Source of the DNA: Candidatus Dormibacterales bacterium
GTDB taxonomy: Bacteria; Chloroflexota; Dormibacteria; Dormibacterales; Dormibacteraceae
Direction: 5' to 3'
NCBI GenBank assembly: GCA_044450465.1
Contig: JBIOJB010000001.1
Location: 5,815-69,814 of the forward strand
Length of the DNA: 64,000 nucleotides
In this document: positions 46,301 to 55,251 of the stretch, piece after piece
Position numbering within the stretch: position 1 is the first letter of the stretch
How the letters are laid out: each line of letters begins with the position of its first letter
Notes under the pieces: generated by a model
The model's database searches: none
What the model was told of the DNA's origin: nothing
What the model saw: only the letters and a program-made list of their open reading frames with translations
Position numbers and translations under genes: made by a program

Positions 46301-47658
46301 ATGATCGTCGCCGGATTCGAGTTGACGAGAACGGTCTCGATCCCTTCTTCGCGAAGGGCCTTGCATGCCTGGGTGCCGGCGTAGTCGAACTCCGCAGCCT
46401 GCCCGATCACGATCGGTCCTGAGCCCAGGATCAGCACCTTGCGCGGGCGTTCCGGCGAGGCGGCGTGGCCCACGGCCCGCACCACCGGCCGGCGGGAGCG
46501 GACCATCTCCACGAAGCGGTCGTACAGGTGCTGGTTGTCCTGAGGTCCCGGGCACCCTTCGGGGTGGTACTGCACGCTGAAGACGGGAAGCGTGCGGTGC
46601 GCGAGGCCTTCGACCGAGCCGTCGTTCAGGTTGCGCTGGGAGACGAAAAAGCCGCCGTCCGGGATGGATGTCGCGTCGACCTGGAACTCGTGGTTCTGGC
46701 TGGTGATGTGAACGCGTCCGGTCTCGAGATCCTTCACCGGGTGGTTGGCGCCGTGGTGGCCGAAAGGAAGGCGAGACGTGCTGCCCCCCGCCGCCCGCCC
46801 AAGTATCTGATGCCCGAGGCAGATGCCGAAGATCGGGATGCGGCCCACCGCTTGACACGCCAGCTGCACTGGACCGTCGAGCACGGACGGGTCACCCGGT
46901 CCGTTGGACAGCACCAGCCCATCAGCGCCGGTCGCCTGAACGTCCTTCCAGGTGGTGGTGTGAGGCAGAACGACCACGCGGCATCCGCGCTCACGCAGAG
47001 AGCGCAGGATGTTGGTCTTGACACCGTAGTCGACGACCGCGACGAGCAAGCCTTGACCGTCGGCCGTGCCCCGCGGCCGAAGCTCCGCAGGCATCACCTC
47101 GAGCCACTCCTCGTGGCTGGTCCGCGACGTCTGCGCGACGAGATCCTGCTCCGACAGGGGGGTCACGCGCCGCGCCCTGGTCGCGAGCTCCTCCAGCCGG
47201 GCCTTGCTCGGTGCCGCGGCCTCGTGGGTCAGAACGGCGCGCAGCGCGCCGTGGATGCGGAGGTGGCGCGTCAGGGCTCTCGTGTCGATCTCCGAGATGG
47301 CCGGCACGCCCCACCGGCGGAGATAGGCGTCGAGGGACGACTCGCTCGAGTGGTGGCTGGGTTGCGGGCAAGCCCACCGAACCGCGAGGGCCCGCGCCCA
47401 TGGGCGTGGCGATTCGGCATCGGCCTCGCGCACGCCGTAGTTTCCCTGCAGCGGGTAGGTCATGCAGATCATCTGTCCGGCGTATGAGGGATCGGTCAGG
47501 ACCTCCTGGTAGCCGGTCATGGCGGTGTTGAACACCAGCTCGCCCTCGCCGGCGACGTCTGCGCCGAGCGCCGTCCCCACGAAAGCCCGGCCGTCCGCCA
47601 GGACGAGCGCGGCGAATCGCGCGCTATCCGGCAACGATGACCACCGTGTCCAGCCCAT
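43312..47658 (-). CDS. carAB: Carbamoyl-phosphate synthase, small and large subunits fused in one ORF
   Basis: Residues 1 to ~385 are CarA ([14 protein letters not shown]). From ~405 ([27 protein letters not shown]) onward it is full-length CarB. The frame is continuous across the junction at about 46440-46505. Confidence 0.9.
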   Translation of the reverse strand: MGWTRWSSLPDSARFAALVLADGRAFVGTALGADVAGEGELVFNTAMTGYQEVLTDPSYAGQMICMTYPLQGNYGVREADAESPRPWARALAVRWACPQPSHHSSESSLDAYLRRWGVPAISEIDTRALTRHLRIHGALRAVLTHEAAAPSKARLEELATRARRVTPLSEQDLVAQTSRTSHEEWLEVMPAELRPRGTADGQGLLVAVVDYGVKTNILRSLRERGCRVVVLPHTTTWKDVQATGADGLVLSNGPGDPSVLDGPVQLACQAVGRIPIFGICLGHQILGRAAGGSTSRLPFGHHGANHPVKDLETGRVHITSQNHEFQVDATSIPDGGFFVSQRNLNDGSVEGLAHRTLPVFSVQYHPEGCPGPQDNQHLYDRFVEMVRSRRPVVRAVGHAASPERPRKVLILGSGPIVIGQAAEFDYAGTQACKALREEGIETVLVNSNPATIMTDEDVADRVYLEPLTVESVERVIARERPDAVLPTLGGQTALNLATELSRAGVLARYGVRALGAGIETIRKAEDRQAFKEMLEAIGEPVPISRVCESLDEVREFADGNGLPLVIRPAYTLGGTGGGFVTTDSELALIAQRGLDASPIHQVLVERSLWGWKEIEYEVMRDGADTCITVCNMENLDPMGVHTGDSIVVAPAQTLSDRDHQMLRSSAIRIIRALGIEGGCNVQFALDPKSSTYFVIEVNPRVSRSSALASKATGYPIARVAAKVAAGRRLDEIRNEITGRTFAAFEPALDYCVVKIPRWPYDKFPTADRRLGTQMASTGEVMAIERTFEAALMKAVRSLEQAPPQIEDLSEENIDQPNDRRLFALLNALRRGADVESLATRSGIDRWFIDRMAEIVRLESEGSARELRRAGFSDSMITALRGETVQAATPTYKLVDTCAAEFEAATPYYYSCWEDESESEAVEGRTALVVGSGPIRIGQGIEFDYCSVHGAWALREAGVRAVLVNSNPETVSTDFDTSDRLYFDPLDLDGVLGVATVEHADGALVQFGGQTAINLAEPLFEHGVAILGSSVEAIDLAEDRREFARALDAIGIPQPMGGTTTTVEEAVAIADRVGYPVLVRPSYVLGGRAMEIVRNRDELRRYMVWAIGAMPRGTVLVDKYLQGIEVEVDAISDGESVVIPGVMQHVERAGVHSGDSYAVYPAQSLERSEIDRIVDYTIRIARHLRLRGLVNVQYVVHRGNVYVLEVNPRASRTVPFLSKVTGVPMVKLATLVMLGEKLESIGWKTGLVRPRDLVAVKAPVFSMNKLPAVDSYLGPEMKSTGEAIGIGRTLNEALGKAFAASGVRVERGGAALLTIADADKPEIFPIVSRMVELGYRLIATEGTAAALRQAGFSPQVVAKIGEEGPTVLDVITRGQVDLVINTMSNIYSEPEAGGPVFKDGFEIRRAAVERRIACLTSLDTASALLEAAVAAPRELEVRTIGEWRNGVPA

Positions 47659-48169
47659 CCTCCTCGGTGATCAGAACCTCGATCCGTTCCGAGTCCGAGG
47701 TCGGGACGTTCTTGCCGACGTAGTCGGGCCTGATCGGAAGCTCGCGGTGGCCTCGGTCGACGAGAACTGCCAGCTGGATCGCCCTCGGCCGCCCGAAGTC
47801 CATCACGGCGTCCATCGCGGCACGCGCCGTGCGACCGCGGTGGATCACGTCGTCGACGAGCACCACCACCTTGCCGTCGACCTCAGGCATGTTCGAGGTG
47901 GCGCTGTGAGCCGGCTGTCTCAGGTGCTTGTCATCGCGATGGCGACTCGTGTCCAGCGAGCCCACCGCGACCGGGACCCCTTCCAGCTCTTTCAACTTTT
48001 CGGCGAGCCGCCCGGCCAGGTGGTCGCCCTTGGCGAGAATGCCGACCAGCACGAGGTCGGCAGTGCCCCGGTTGCGCTCGACGATCTCGTGAGCGATGCG
48101 GGACATGGAGCGCCGAATCTGATCGGCGTCCATCACCGTGGCCTTGAGCCGGCCCTGAGCGAGGCTCAC
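47624..48169 (-). CDS. pyrR: Bifunctional pyrimidine operon regulator / uracil phosphoribosyltransferase
   Basis: [21 protein letters not shown] and the PRPP motif [13 protein letters not shown]. Start at GTG 48169 or ATG 48133. Confidence 0.88.
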   Translation of the reverse strand: MSLAQGRLKATVMDADQIRRSMSRIAHEIVERNRGTADLVLVGILAKGDHLAGRLAEKLKELEGVPVAVGSLDTSRHRDDKHLRQPAHSATSNMPEVDGKVVVLVDDVIHRGRTARAAMDAVMDFGRPRAIQLAVLVDRGHRELPIRPDYVGKNVPTSDSERIEVLITEEDGLDTVVIVAG

Positions 48170-48176
48170 CGCGCCC

Positions 48177-49103
48177 TCACGCGAGGAGCCGGTCGAGCAG
48201 GGCCATCCGGATGTGGAGGCCGTTGCGCGCCTGACGGAAGTAGGCGGCGCGAGGATCGCTGTCGACCTCGGGCGCGATCTCGTCAACCCGCGGGAGCGGG
48301 TGCATGACGATCGCGTATTTGCGAAGCCGCGACATCACACTCTTGTCGATCCTGTACATCCCCTTCACCGCGTTGTAGGCCTCGGGGTCCGTGAACCGCT
48401 CCTTCTGGATACGCGTCTGATAGATGACGTCGACCTCGGGGAGAACCGAATCGAAGTCCTCGGTCTCGACCCAGGGAATTCCATGCTCCGTGAGATGAGC
48501 TTTGAGATCGTCACGCATGGCCACCGCGGGCGGGGCCACGAACCAGACCTTGATGTCCTTGAACTTGCTCAGGAGATAGGTGAGCGAGCGGACCGTCCGG
48601 CCGTTGGCCAGGTCACCGACCATGGCGATGCTGATTCCATCGATCTTTCCGAGCTCGTCGCGAATCGTGTAGAGGTCGAGGAGCGCCTGCGTCGGGTGCT
48701 GGCCCGGCCCATCCCCGGCGTTGATGACCGGAACCGAGCTCACCGCGGCCGCGCGTTTGGCGGCGCCCTCCTCGTTATGGCGCATGACGATGACGTCGGC
48801 GTAACCGCTGATGATGCGGATGCTGTCCTCGAGCGTCTCGCCTTTGGCGGCTGAGGAGAACTCGCGGGCGTTGTCCGTGCCCATGGTCTGCCCGCCAAGG
48901 CGGAGCATGGCCGCTTCGAAGGAGAGTCGCGTGCGGGTGGACGGCTCGTAGAACAGGGCCGCCATGACGTGGCCCGTGAGCCGGCCCACGAAGCGATGAG
49001 GTTCGCGCTTGATCTCCTCGCTGCGCACGAAGAGCTCTTCCAGAAGGGAGCGCGAGAACTGCTGGCTTTCGACTACGTGCCGCAACCGGCTGCCGACGGC
49101 CAT
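48177..49103 (-). CDS. pyrB: Aspartate carbamoyltransferase catalytic subunit
   Basis: FYEPSTRTRLSFE and HPLPR motifs. 308 aa. Confidence 0.92.
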   Translation of the reverse strand: MAVGSRLRHVVESQQFSRSLLEELFVRSEEIKREPHRFVGRLTGHVMAALFYEPSTRTRLSFEAAMLRLGGQTMGTDNAREFSSAAKGETLEDSIRIISGYADVIVMRHNEEGAAKRAAAVSSVPVINAGDGPGQHPTQALLDLYTIRDELGKIDGISIAMVGDLANGRTVRSLTYLLSKFKDIKVWFVAPPAVAMRDDLKAHLTEHGIPWVETEDFDSVLPEVDVIYQTRIQKERFTDPEAYNAVKGMYRIDKSVMSRLRKYAIVMHPLPRVDEIAPEVDSDPRAAYFRQARNGLHIRMALLDRLLA

Positions 49104-49145
49104 AAAAAATCTCCTTCCTGGTCTCTCTGGACCAGACTTAAAGGA
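49104..49145 (-). promoter_or_regulatory. PyrR-binding-type RNA hairpin abutting the pyrB Shine-Dalgarno
   Basis: The transcribed strand reads AAGUCUGGUCCAGAGAGACCAGGAAGGAGAUUUUUUAUG. The stem is CUGGUC/GACCAG (49118-49135) with hexaloop CAGAGA. This matches the UCCAGAGAG core of known PyrR binding loops. It is followed by a purine-rich GGAAGGAG SD. Confidence 0.65.
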
Positions 49146-49221
49146 ATCCTGGGCGAGAGTTTATCAGCTATCCGGAGCCACCCACTCGCCACCGCGCGCC
49201 AACCGGTACCTTAGTCGGGCG

Positions 49222-49548
49222 ATGAACAGGGGCCAGGGCAACATCACGGTCACGACCGAGGTGGCGTTCTGCACTTTCTGCGGGAGGGTGCGGACGCTCC
49301 GCCGCGAAGACCGGCACGTCGGAGACATGGTTCGCACCATCGTCACCTGCGAGAGCTGCCACCGGGTCCTGTCCAGCCAGATCGCCGTGGCAAGCGCCGA
49401 ACCTGCCGCCGAACCGGTGCCTCTCGACGGCGAGGCCGCCGCCGTTCCGGCTCCCGCCGAACAAGCCACACCACAGCCTCCAGAATCAAGCACCCCAACC
49501 TCGGCCAAGGCGAAATCCACCCCGAAGCAGGCTCCCAAGAAGCGGTGA
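49222..49548 (+). CDS. Small zinc-ribbon protein with Pro/Ala/Lys-rich tail
   Basis: Start re-set to ATG 49222. Two CxxC pairs (CTFCG, CESCH). Strongly GC-biased third positions. Disordered C-terminal half. Confidence 0.55.
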   Translation: MNRGQGNITVTTEVAFCTFCGRVRTLRREDRHVGDMVRTIVTCESCHRVLSSQIAVASAEPAAEPVPLDGEAAAVPAPAEQATPQPPESSTPTSAKAKSTPKQAPKKR

Positions 49549-49618
49549 TCGCCGCAGCCGCCAGTTTCTGACGAGCGGGTGCCTCGCGGCCACCGCTGAG
49601 ACCGGGTATAAACGTCAC

Positions 49619-50782
49619 ATGACAGATGCAGTGATCGTTGCCCTCGGCCGGTCTCCGATTGGAAGAGCTCGCAAGGGATCCCTTGTGGACGTTCGGCCGG
49701 ACGACCTCGCAGCCTACGTCGTAACCAAGGTCCTCGAGAAAGTGCCCGAGCTCGATCCGACGACGATCGAAGATCTCATTTGCGGATGCGGTCTGCCGGG
49801 CGGCGAGCAGGGCCACAACATCGGCCGGGTGGTCTCAATATTGTCCCGGATCGACGTGCCCGGGGTCACGGTCAACAGGTACTGCTCTTCATCGTTGATG
49901 ACGACCCGCATGGCCGCGCACGCGATCGCCGCCGGCGAAGGTGACGTCTTTCTTTCGGTTGGCGTCGAGTGCGTCTCGCGTTACGGAAGCGGCTACCCGG
50001 ACGCCCCCGACACCTACAACTCGAAGCTCGTGCCCGGCAACACCGAGGAGTACCCGGACATCTACATCGCCATGGGCCAGACGGCCGAGAACGTCGCGCG
50101 GCGCGAAAAGATCAGCCGGGAAGAGCAGGATCGCTACGCGGTCAAGAGCCAGGCCGCAGCCGTCAAGGCGCGCGAGGACGGGTTCTTCGACCGTGAGATC
50201 GTCCCGATCCCGCTGCCCAGCGGAGAGCTCTTCAGTAAGGACGACGGGCCGCGGCCCGGCACCACAATGGAGGTGCTGGCTGCGCTCAAGCCCGCGTTCC
50301 GAGATGACGGCACCGTGACCGCAGGCAACGCGTGCCCGCTCAACGACGGGGCGGCCGCCGTGGTCGTCATGTCCGACCGCAAGGCGAAGGAGCTTGGTCT
50401 CAAGCCGATCGCGCGCGTTGTCTCGACCGGTGTGTCGGCGCTGGAGCCGGAGCTGATGGGTCTGGGCCCGATCGAGGCCTCGAAGCAGGCCCTGAAGCGC
50501 GCCAAGATGACGATCCAGGACATCGACATACTCGAGATCAACGAGGCGTTCGCCGCCCAGGTGATCCCATCCTCGCGCGGTATCGGAGTCGACCCGTTCA
50601 GCGACAAGCTGAACCCTCACGGCGGTGCCATCGCCCTCGGCCATCCGTTCGGGATGACCGGGGCCCGCATCCTGTGCACGCTGCTGAACGGGCTGAGGCA
50701 GAAGAACATGACGTATGGGCTCGAGACGATGTGCGTCGGCGGTGGCCAGGGAATGGCGATGATCGTGGAGCGTCTGAACTAA
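49619..50782 (+). CDS. Acetyl-CoA acetyltransferase (thiolase)
   Basis: The N-terminus MTDAVIVALGRSPIGRARKGSL, the catalytic Cys region NRYCSSS and the C-terminal CVGGGQGMA motif are present. Confidence 0.92.
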   Translation: MTDAVIVALGRSPIGRARKGSLVDVRPDDLAAYVVTKVLEKVPELDPTTIEDLICGCGLPGGEQGHNIGRVVSILSRIDVPGVTVNRYCSSSLMTTRMAAHAIAAGEGDVFLSVGVECVSRYGSGYPDAPDTYNSKLVPGNTEEYPDIYIAMGQTAENVARREKISREEQDRYAVKSQAAAVKAREDGFFDREIVPIPLPSGELFSKDDGPRPGTTMEVLAALKPAFRDDGTVTAGNACPLNDGAAAVVVMSDRKAKELGLKPIARVVSTGVSALEPELMGLGPIEASKQALKRAKMTIQDIDILEINEAFAAQVIPSSRGIGVDPFSDKLNPHGGAIALGHPFGMTGARILCTLLNGLRQKNMTYGLETMCVGGGQGMAMIVERLN

Positions 50783-50799
50783 CGCCTGGAGTTCGCGCG

Positions 50800-51999
50800 A
50801 TGGAGGGAGGCTTCTCGAAGCCGCGGCTAGGCCGCGTGCGGGAGGTGCTGGAAGGGCAGGTTGACCGCGGCGGGATCCCCGGCCTGGTCGCTCTGGTCAG
50901 CCGGCGGGGCGAGGTGCACGTCGAAGCGGTGGGCGTCAGGTCGATCGGCGGCGATGCCATCGCTCAGGACGCGATCTTCCGGATCGCCTCGATGACTAAG
51001 CCCGTGACCGCAGTCGCGACCATGATCCTCATCGAAGAAGGCCGGCTGCGCCTCGACGAGCCCGTCGACCGGCTGCTGCCCGAGCTGGCCGGCCGGCGAG
51101 TGCTGAAGGAGGTCGATGCAACCCTCGACCAGACGGTTCCGGCAAATCGACCGATCACGGTCCGCGACCTGCTCACCTTCACGGCTGGCTTCGGATACCT
51201 CTTCACAGAGACCCTCTATCCGATCCATCTCGCGACGGCGGAGCAGGGCCTGTCCGCCGGACCTCCACGCCCGGAGGCTCTGCCAACGCCCGACGAGTAC
51301 ATGCGCCGCCTCGGCACGCTGCCCCTGATGTATCAGCCGGGCGAGGTGTGGCTGTACAACACGGGAGCGGAGATCCTCAGCGTGCTGGTCGCGCGCGCAT
51401 CCGGACAGCCGTTTGACGAGTTCTTGTCCGAACACATCTTCGAGCCGCTCGGCATGAAGGACACGGGTTTCGTCGTTCCAGCCGGCAAATTGGACCGCTT
51501 GACCACCTGCTACGCAACCAATCGCCAGAGCGGCGAGGTCGGCGTGTTCGACGCGGCAGAGACCAGCGAGTGGCGCCGGGCGCCGGCATTTCAAAACGGC
51601 GCGGGTGGGCTCGTCTCCACGGCCGGTGACTTCCTAGCCTTCGCCCAGATGCTGCTCAACCACGGCAGTAATGGCAGGCTGCGCGTCCTTTCGAGGCCAT
51701 CGGTTGAGCTCATGACCACCGACCAGCTGACTGCGAAGCAAAAGTCGGTGTCGGGGCTTCAGCCCGGGATGTTCGCCGACCACGGCTGGGGCTTCTGCCT
51801 CTACATCGTCACTGGCCGAACCGGCTTCCCCTCAGTGGGCAGCTACGGCTGGGGCGGTGGTCTAGGAACGGCATGGGAGACCGATCCGCGCGAGGAGATG
51901 ATCACGATCCTCCTCACCACCAAGACGTGGGACTCGTCCACTCCGCCGCCGGTTTTCGGCGACTACTGGACCTCGATTTACGCCGCCTTCGACGACTGA
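50800..51999 (+). CDS. Serine hydrolase, beta-lactamase (class C / esterase) family
   Basis: Start re-set to ATG 50800 (MEGGFSKPRLGRV). SxxK motif in IASMTKPVTA. 399 aa. Confidence 0.85.
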   Translation: MEGGFSKPRLGRVREVLEGQVDRGGIPGLVALVSRRGEVHVEAVGVRSIGGDAIAQDAIFRIASMTKPVTAVATMILIEEGRLRLDEPVDRLLPELAGRRVLKEVDATLDQTVPANRPITVRDLLTFTAGFGYLFTETLYPIHLATAEQGLSAGPPRPEALPTPDEYMRRLGTLPLMYQPGEVWLYNTGAEILSVLVARASGQPFDEFLSEHIFEPLGMKDTGFVVPAGKLDRLTTCYATNRQSGEVGVFDAAETSEWRRAPAFQNGAGGLVSTAGDFLAFAQMLLNHGSNGRLRVLSRPSVELMTTDQLTAKQKSVSGLQPGMFADHGWGFCLYIVTGRTGFPSVGSYGWGGGLGTAWETDPREEMITILLTTKTWDSSTPPPVFGDYWTSIYAAFDD

Positions 52000-52005
52000 C
52001 CGATC

Positions 52006-52149
52006 CTAGGCCGGCAGCTTCTTGAAGAAGCTGCACGGAGGCGATTCCTTCGTGGTGTGGAAGTTCCAGTGCCGGCACCAGGCCGTCCCGTCGAACATCC
52101 GGCAGGTCCCGCAGGTGACCGTCGGCTTCGCAGCCCGCGCCTTCTTCAT
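52006..52149 (-). CDS. Small Cys-rich protein (47 aa)
   Basis: MKKARAAKPTVTCGTCRMFDGTAWCRHWNFHTTKESPPCSFFKKLPA. Nearly every codon ends in G or C. It has four Cys including a CxxC pair. An alternative GTG start lies at 52188. Confidence 0.5.
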   Translation of the reverse strand: MKKARAAKPTVTCGTCRMFDGTAWCRHWNFHTTKESPPCSFFKKLPA

Positions 52150-52197
52150 GTGATTCTCAGGTCGCTCCCCGGGGAATTCTCCTTTCACGGAGACTCG

Positions 52198-53721
52198 CTA
52201 GTGGCGGAAGTGCCGGCGGCCGGTCATCACCATTGCGATGCCCGCGGCATCCGCTGCCTTCACGACCTCCACGTCCTTCACCGAGCCGCCCGGCTGGATC
52301 ACCGCCGTCACCCCGGCGCGGATTCCCTCCTCGAGTCCATCCGGAAACGGGAAGAACGCATCCGAGGCCATGACCGAGCCGCGCGCGCGGTCGCCGGCCC
52401 GCTTCACTGCGATCTGAACCGCCTCCACGCGTGACATCTGGCCCGCGCCGACACCCACTGCCGCGCCGTCCTTGAACAGCACGATGGCGTTCGACTTGAC
52501 GTGCTTGACCGCCGTCCACGCCAGGCCCAGCTGCTCCCACTCGGCCTCGGTCGGCGCGCGCCTCGTCGAGACGGTGCATTCGGATCGAACGAAGCCGGCG
52601 CGGTCCCAGTCCTGGACCAGAATGCCGCCTGACACCGACCGCAGGTCGTAGTCGAAGAGGCCCGTCTCCGAGGGCTTGGCAATGAGAACGATCATGTTCT
52701 TTCGCCGAGCCAGCGCCGCCCTGGCCTCCTGCGTCACCGCCGGGGCGATCACGACGTGGGTGACGATCTTCACGATCTGCTCGGCCGTCTCCAGGTCGAG
52801 CGGCCGGTTCACCGCGACGATTCCGCCGAAAGCCGACACCGGGTCGCACTCGAAGGCCAGTCGATAGGCGTCGACGATCCGTTCCGCCACCGCCAGCCCG
52901 CACGGGTTCATGTGCTTGACGACGGCAGCAGCCGGCCGGGCGTAGTCGGTCACGAGCTGGAACGCGGCCGAGGCGTCCTGGATGTTGTTGAACCCAGGGG
53001 GTCCGCCCTGCAGCTGCTCCGCGGCGCCGAGGCCGCCCGAGTCGGGACCCAGCCTGTAGAAGGCAGCCCGCTGATGGTCGTTCTCGCCGTACTTGAGGCT
53101 CTGCACCAGCCTGCCGGCGATGGTGATCTCGGTCGGAAACCCGTCTTGATCAGTCCTCAGGTACGCCGCGATCCAGGCGTCGTAGGCCGACGTGTGGGCG
53201 AACGCCTCGGCGGCCAGCCTCCGCCTCATGGATTCATCGACACCACGCTTGCCGAGCGCATCGAGCACCTCCAGGTATCGCTCGGGTCGCACGACGACGA
53301 CCACCGAGGCGTGGTTCTTGGCCGCGGCGCGGATCATCGCAGGGCCGCCGACGTCGATCTGTTCCATCGCCTCTTCGAAAGTCGCACCTGGACGTGTGAC
53401 GGTGTCGACGAACGGATAGAGGTTGCAGCAGACAAGGTCGATCTGCAGGAGTCCGTGCTCCTTGAGCGCTTCCATGTGCTCTGGCCGGTCGCGCCGGGCC
53501 AGGATGCCGGCATGGACGCCCGGATGAAGCGTCTTGATGCGGCCGTCCATCATCTCTGGAAATCCCGTCAGTTCGGTGACCGGGCGCGCGTCGACCGCAA
53601 CCTCCTGAATCGATTTCAGCGTGCTGCCGGTCGCGAAGAGCTCGTATCCCAGGCGGCTCAGACCACGCGCAAAACCGCCCAGTCCCGTCTTGTCGCTAAC
53701 CGACAGCAGGGCTCTTGGCAA
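52198..53721 (-). CDS. purH: Bifunctional AICAR transformylase / IMP cyclohydrolase
   Basis: N-terminus [14 protein letters not shown] (MGS-like domain) plus the C-terminal AICARFT domain ending in RHFRH. 507 aa. Confidence 0.93.
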   Translation of the reverse strand: MPRALLSVSDKTGLGGFARGLSRLGYELFATGSTLKSIQEVAVDARPVTELTGFPEMMDGRIKTLHPGVHAGILARRDRPEHMEALKEHGLLQIDLVCCNLYPFVDTVTRPGATFEEAMEQIDVGGPAMIRAAAKNHASVVVVVRPERYLEVLDALGKRGVDESMRRRLAAEAFAHTSAYDAWIAAYLRTDQDGFPTEITIAGRLVQSLKYGENDHQRAAFYRLGPDSGGLGAAEQLQGGPPGFNNIQDASAAFQLVTDYARPAAAVVKHMNPCGLAVAERIVDAYRLAFECDPVSAFGGIVAVNRPLDLETAEQIVKIVTHVVIAPAVTQEARAALARRKNMIVLIAKPSETGLFDYDLRSVSGGILVQDWDRAGFVRSECTVSTRRAPTEAEWEQLGLAWTAVKHVKSNAIVLFKDGAAVGVGAGQMSRVEAVQIAVKRAGDRARGSVMASDAFFPFPDGLEEGIRAGVTAVIQPGGSVKDVEVVKAADAAGIAMVMTGRRHFRH

Positions 53722-54274
53722 GGCGCTCCTCCATCATCCGGATGGCTGCCGGAAGGATCCTGTGCTCGACCTCGTGCACCCGGCGGCGCAGCGACTCAAC
53801 GCTCTCACCCCGTTCGATGGACACAGATTCCTGAATCAGAATCGGACCGGCGTCGAGGTCGCGTGTGACGATGTGAACTGTTGCGCCTGTCGTCGTGGCG
53901 CCGGCGCCGAGGGCCCGCTCGATGGCGTCCATGCCGCCCGCGAACGCCGGCAGCAGCGACGGGTGGATGTTGACGATGCGATTCTCGAAGGCCTCGAGAA
54001 ACGGGCGGGTCTGGACGCGGTCGTAGCCCGCGTCGACGACAAGGTCAACCGCGTGCCGGTGGAAGAAATCCGCCATCGCCTGGTCTCGCTCATTCGCTGA
54101 TGGGAAATTCCTTTGAGGCAGCTCGGCGAGGGGGATCCCCTTCTCGCGAGCGAAAGTCGCGGCGCCGCACGAGGGGCGGTTGGTCGCGACGGCCACGACA
54201 TCGAAGCCCCGGGCGACAAGGTTAACGAGGTTCGTGCCCTGGCCCGAGGCGGCGACGCCGAGCCTGAGGCTCAT
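53696..54274 (-). CDS. purN: Phosphoribosylglycinamide formyltransferase
   Basis: GVAASGQGTNL and NIHPSLLPAF motifs. ATGA overlap with the purM stop. Confidence 0.9.
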   Translation of the reverse strand: MSLRLGVAASGQGTNLVNLVARGFDVVAVATNRPSCGAATFAREKGIPLAELPQRNFPSANERDQAMADFFHRHAVDLVVDAGYDRVQTRPFLEAFENRIVNIHPSLLPAFAGGMDAIERALGAGATTTGATVHIVTRDLDAGPILIQESVSIERGESVESLRRRVHEVEHRILPAAIRMMEERLAKSPAVG

Positions 54275-55251
54275 GCGGTGATCGAGACCCGATCGGCGCC
54301 GGCGGCATGGCGCACGACCTCGCCCACCACCGCGGCGCCCGAGGGCACGTCTTTGGGATCAACCGCGAGAACCATGCCGAGCCCCATGTTGAAGGTGGCG
54401 TACATCTCGTCGTCGGCGATGCGCCCTCGCCGCCGGATCAGCTCGAAGATGGGCGGGGTACGCCACGTCCCGCGTCGAAATCTCGCGCCCAGGCCCTCCG
54501 GCAGCATTCGTGGAACGTTGCCGGTGATCCCGCCGCCCGTCACGTGCGCGGCTCCCTTCCACGTGATGCGGTTCAGGTCTTCGAGATACGAGCGGTGAGG
54601 GTCGAGCAGCACCTCGCCAAGCGGGCGGCCGAGCTCCGTGAAGACTCGCGTGAGGGGCACATCCTCGAACACCTTGCGCGCCAACGAGAACCCGTTGGTG
54701 TGGAGGCCGCTCGACGGCAGTCCCACAAGCACGTCCCCAACTTTGATCCGGCTCGGGTCGCCAGGACGCTCGACCAGGCCGACGATGAACCCTGCGAGGT
54801 CGTAATCGCCGAGTGCGTAGACGCCCGGCATCTCGGCCGTCTCGCCGCCGAGCAGGGCGCACCCGGCCTCCCGGCACGCCGATGTCATCCCTTCCATCAG
54901 CTGGGTGAAGACGTCGGGGTCGAGACGGCCGGTCGCGAAATAATCCAGGAAGAACAGCGGGCGCGCTCCCGCGGTGGCGATGTCGTTCACCGAGTGGTTG
55001 ACGAGATCGACCCCGATATCGTGATGCGAGCCGGCGGCGATGGCGACCTTGATCTTGGTGCCCACGCCGTCTGCGCTGGCTGCCAGGTGGCCACCGCCGG
55101 GTAGGGCGTAGAGGCCGGCGAACGGGCCGACGCCCACCGCGACCTCGCTACCATGCGTTGCTGCAATGAGCGGTTTGAGGCGTTCAAGCGCGCGCTCGTA
55201 GGCGGCTATGTCCACGCCGGCCGCGGCGTAGGAGGGACTCTCGCCGCTCAC
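54271..55251 (-). CDS. purM: Phosphoribosylformylglycinamidine cyclo-ligase (AIR synthetase)
   Basis: Start re-set to GTG 55251 (GTGA overlap with the purF stop). SYAAAGVDIAAYE N-terminus and GLHTNGFSL motif. Confidence 0.9.
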   Translation of the reverse strand: MSGESPSYAAAGVDIAAYERALERLKPLIAATHGSEVAVGVGPFAGLYALPGGGHLAASADGVGTKIKVAIAAGSHHDIGVDLVNHSVNDIATAGARPLFFLDYFATGRLDPDVFTQLMEGMTSACREAGCALLGGETAEMPGVYALGDYDLAGFIVGLVERPGDPSRIKVGDVLVGLPSSGLHTNGFSLARKVFEDVPLTRVFTELGRPLGEVLLDPHRSYLEDLNRITWKGAAHVTGGGITGNVPRMLPEGLGARFRRGTWRTPPIFELIRRRGRIADDEMYATFNMGLGMVLAVDPKDVPSGAAVVGEVVRHAAGADRVSITA

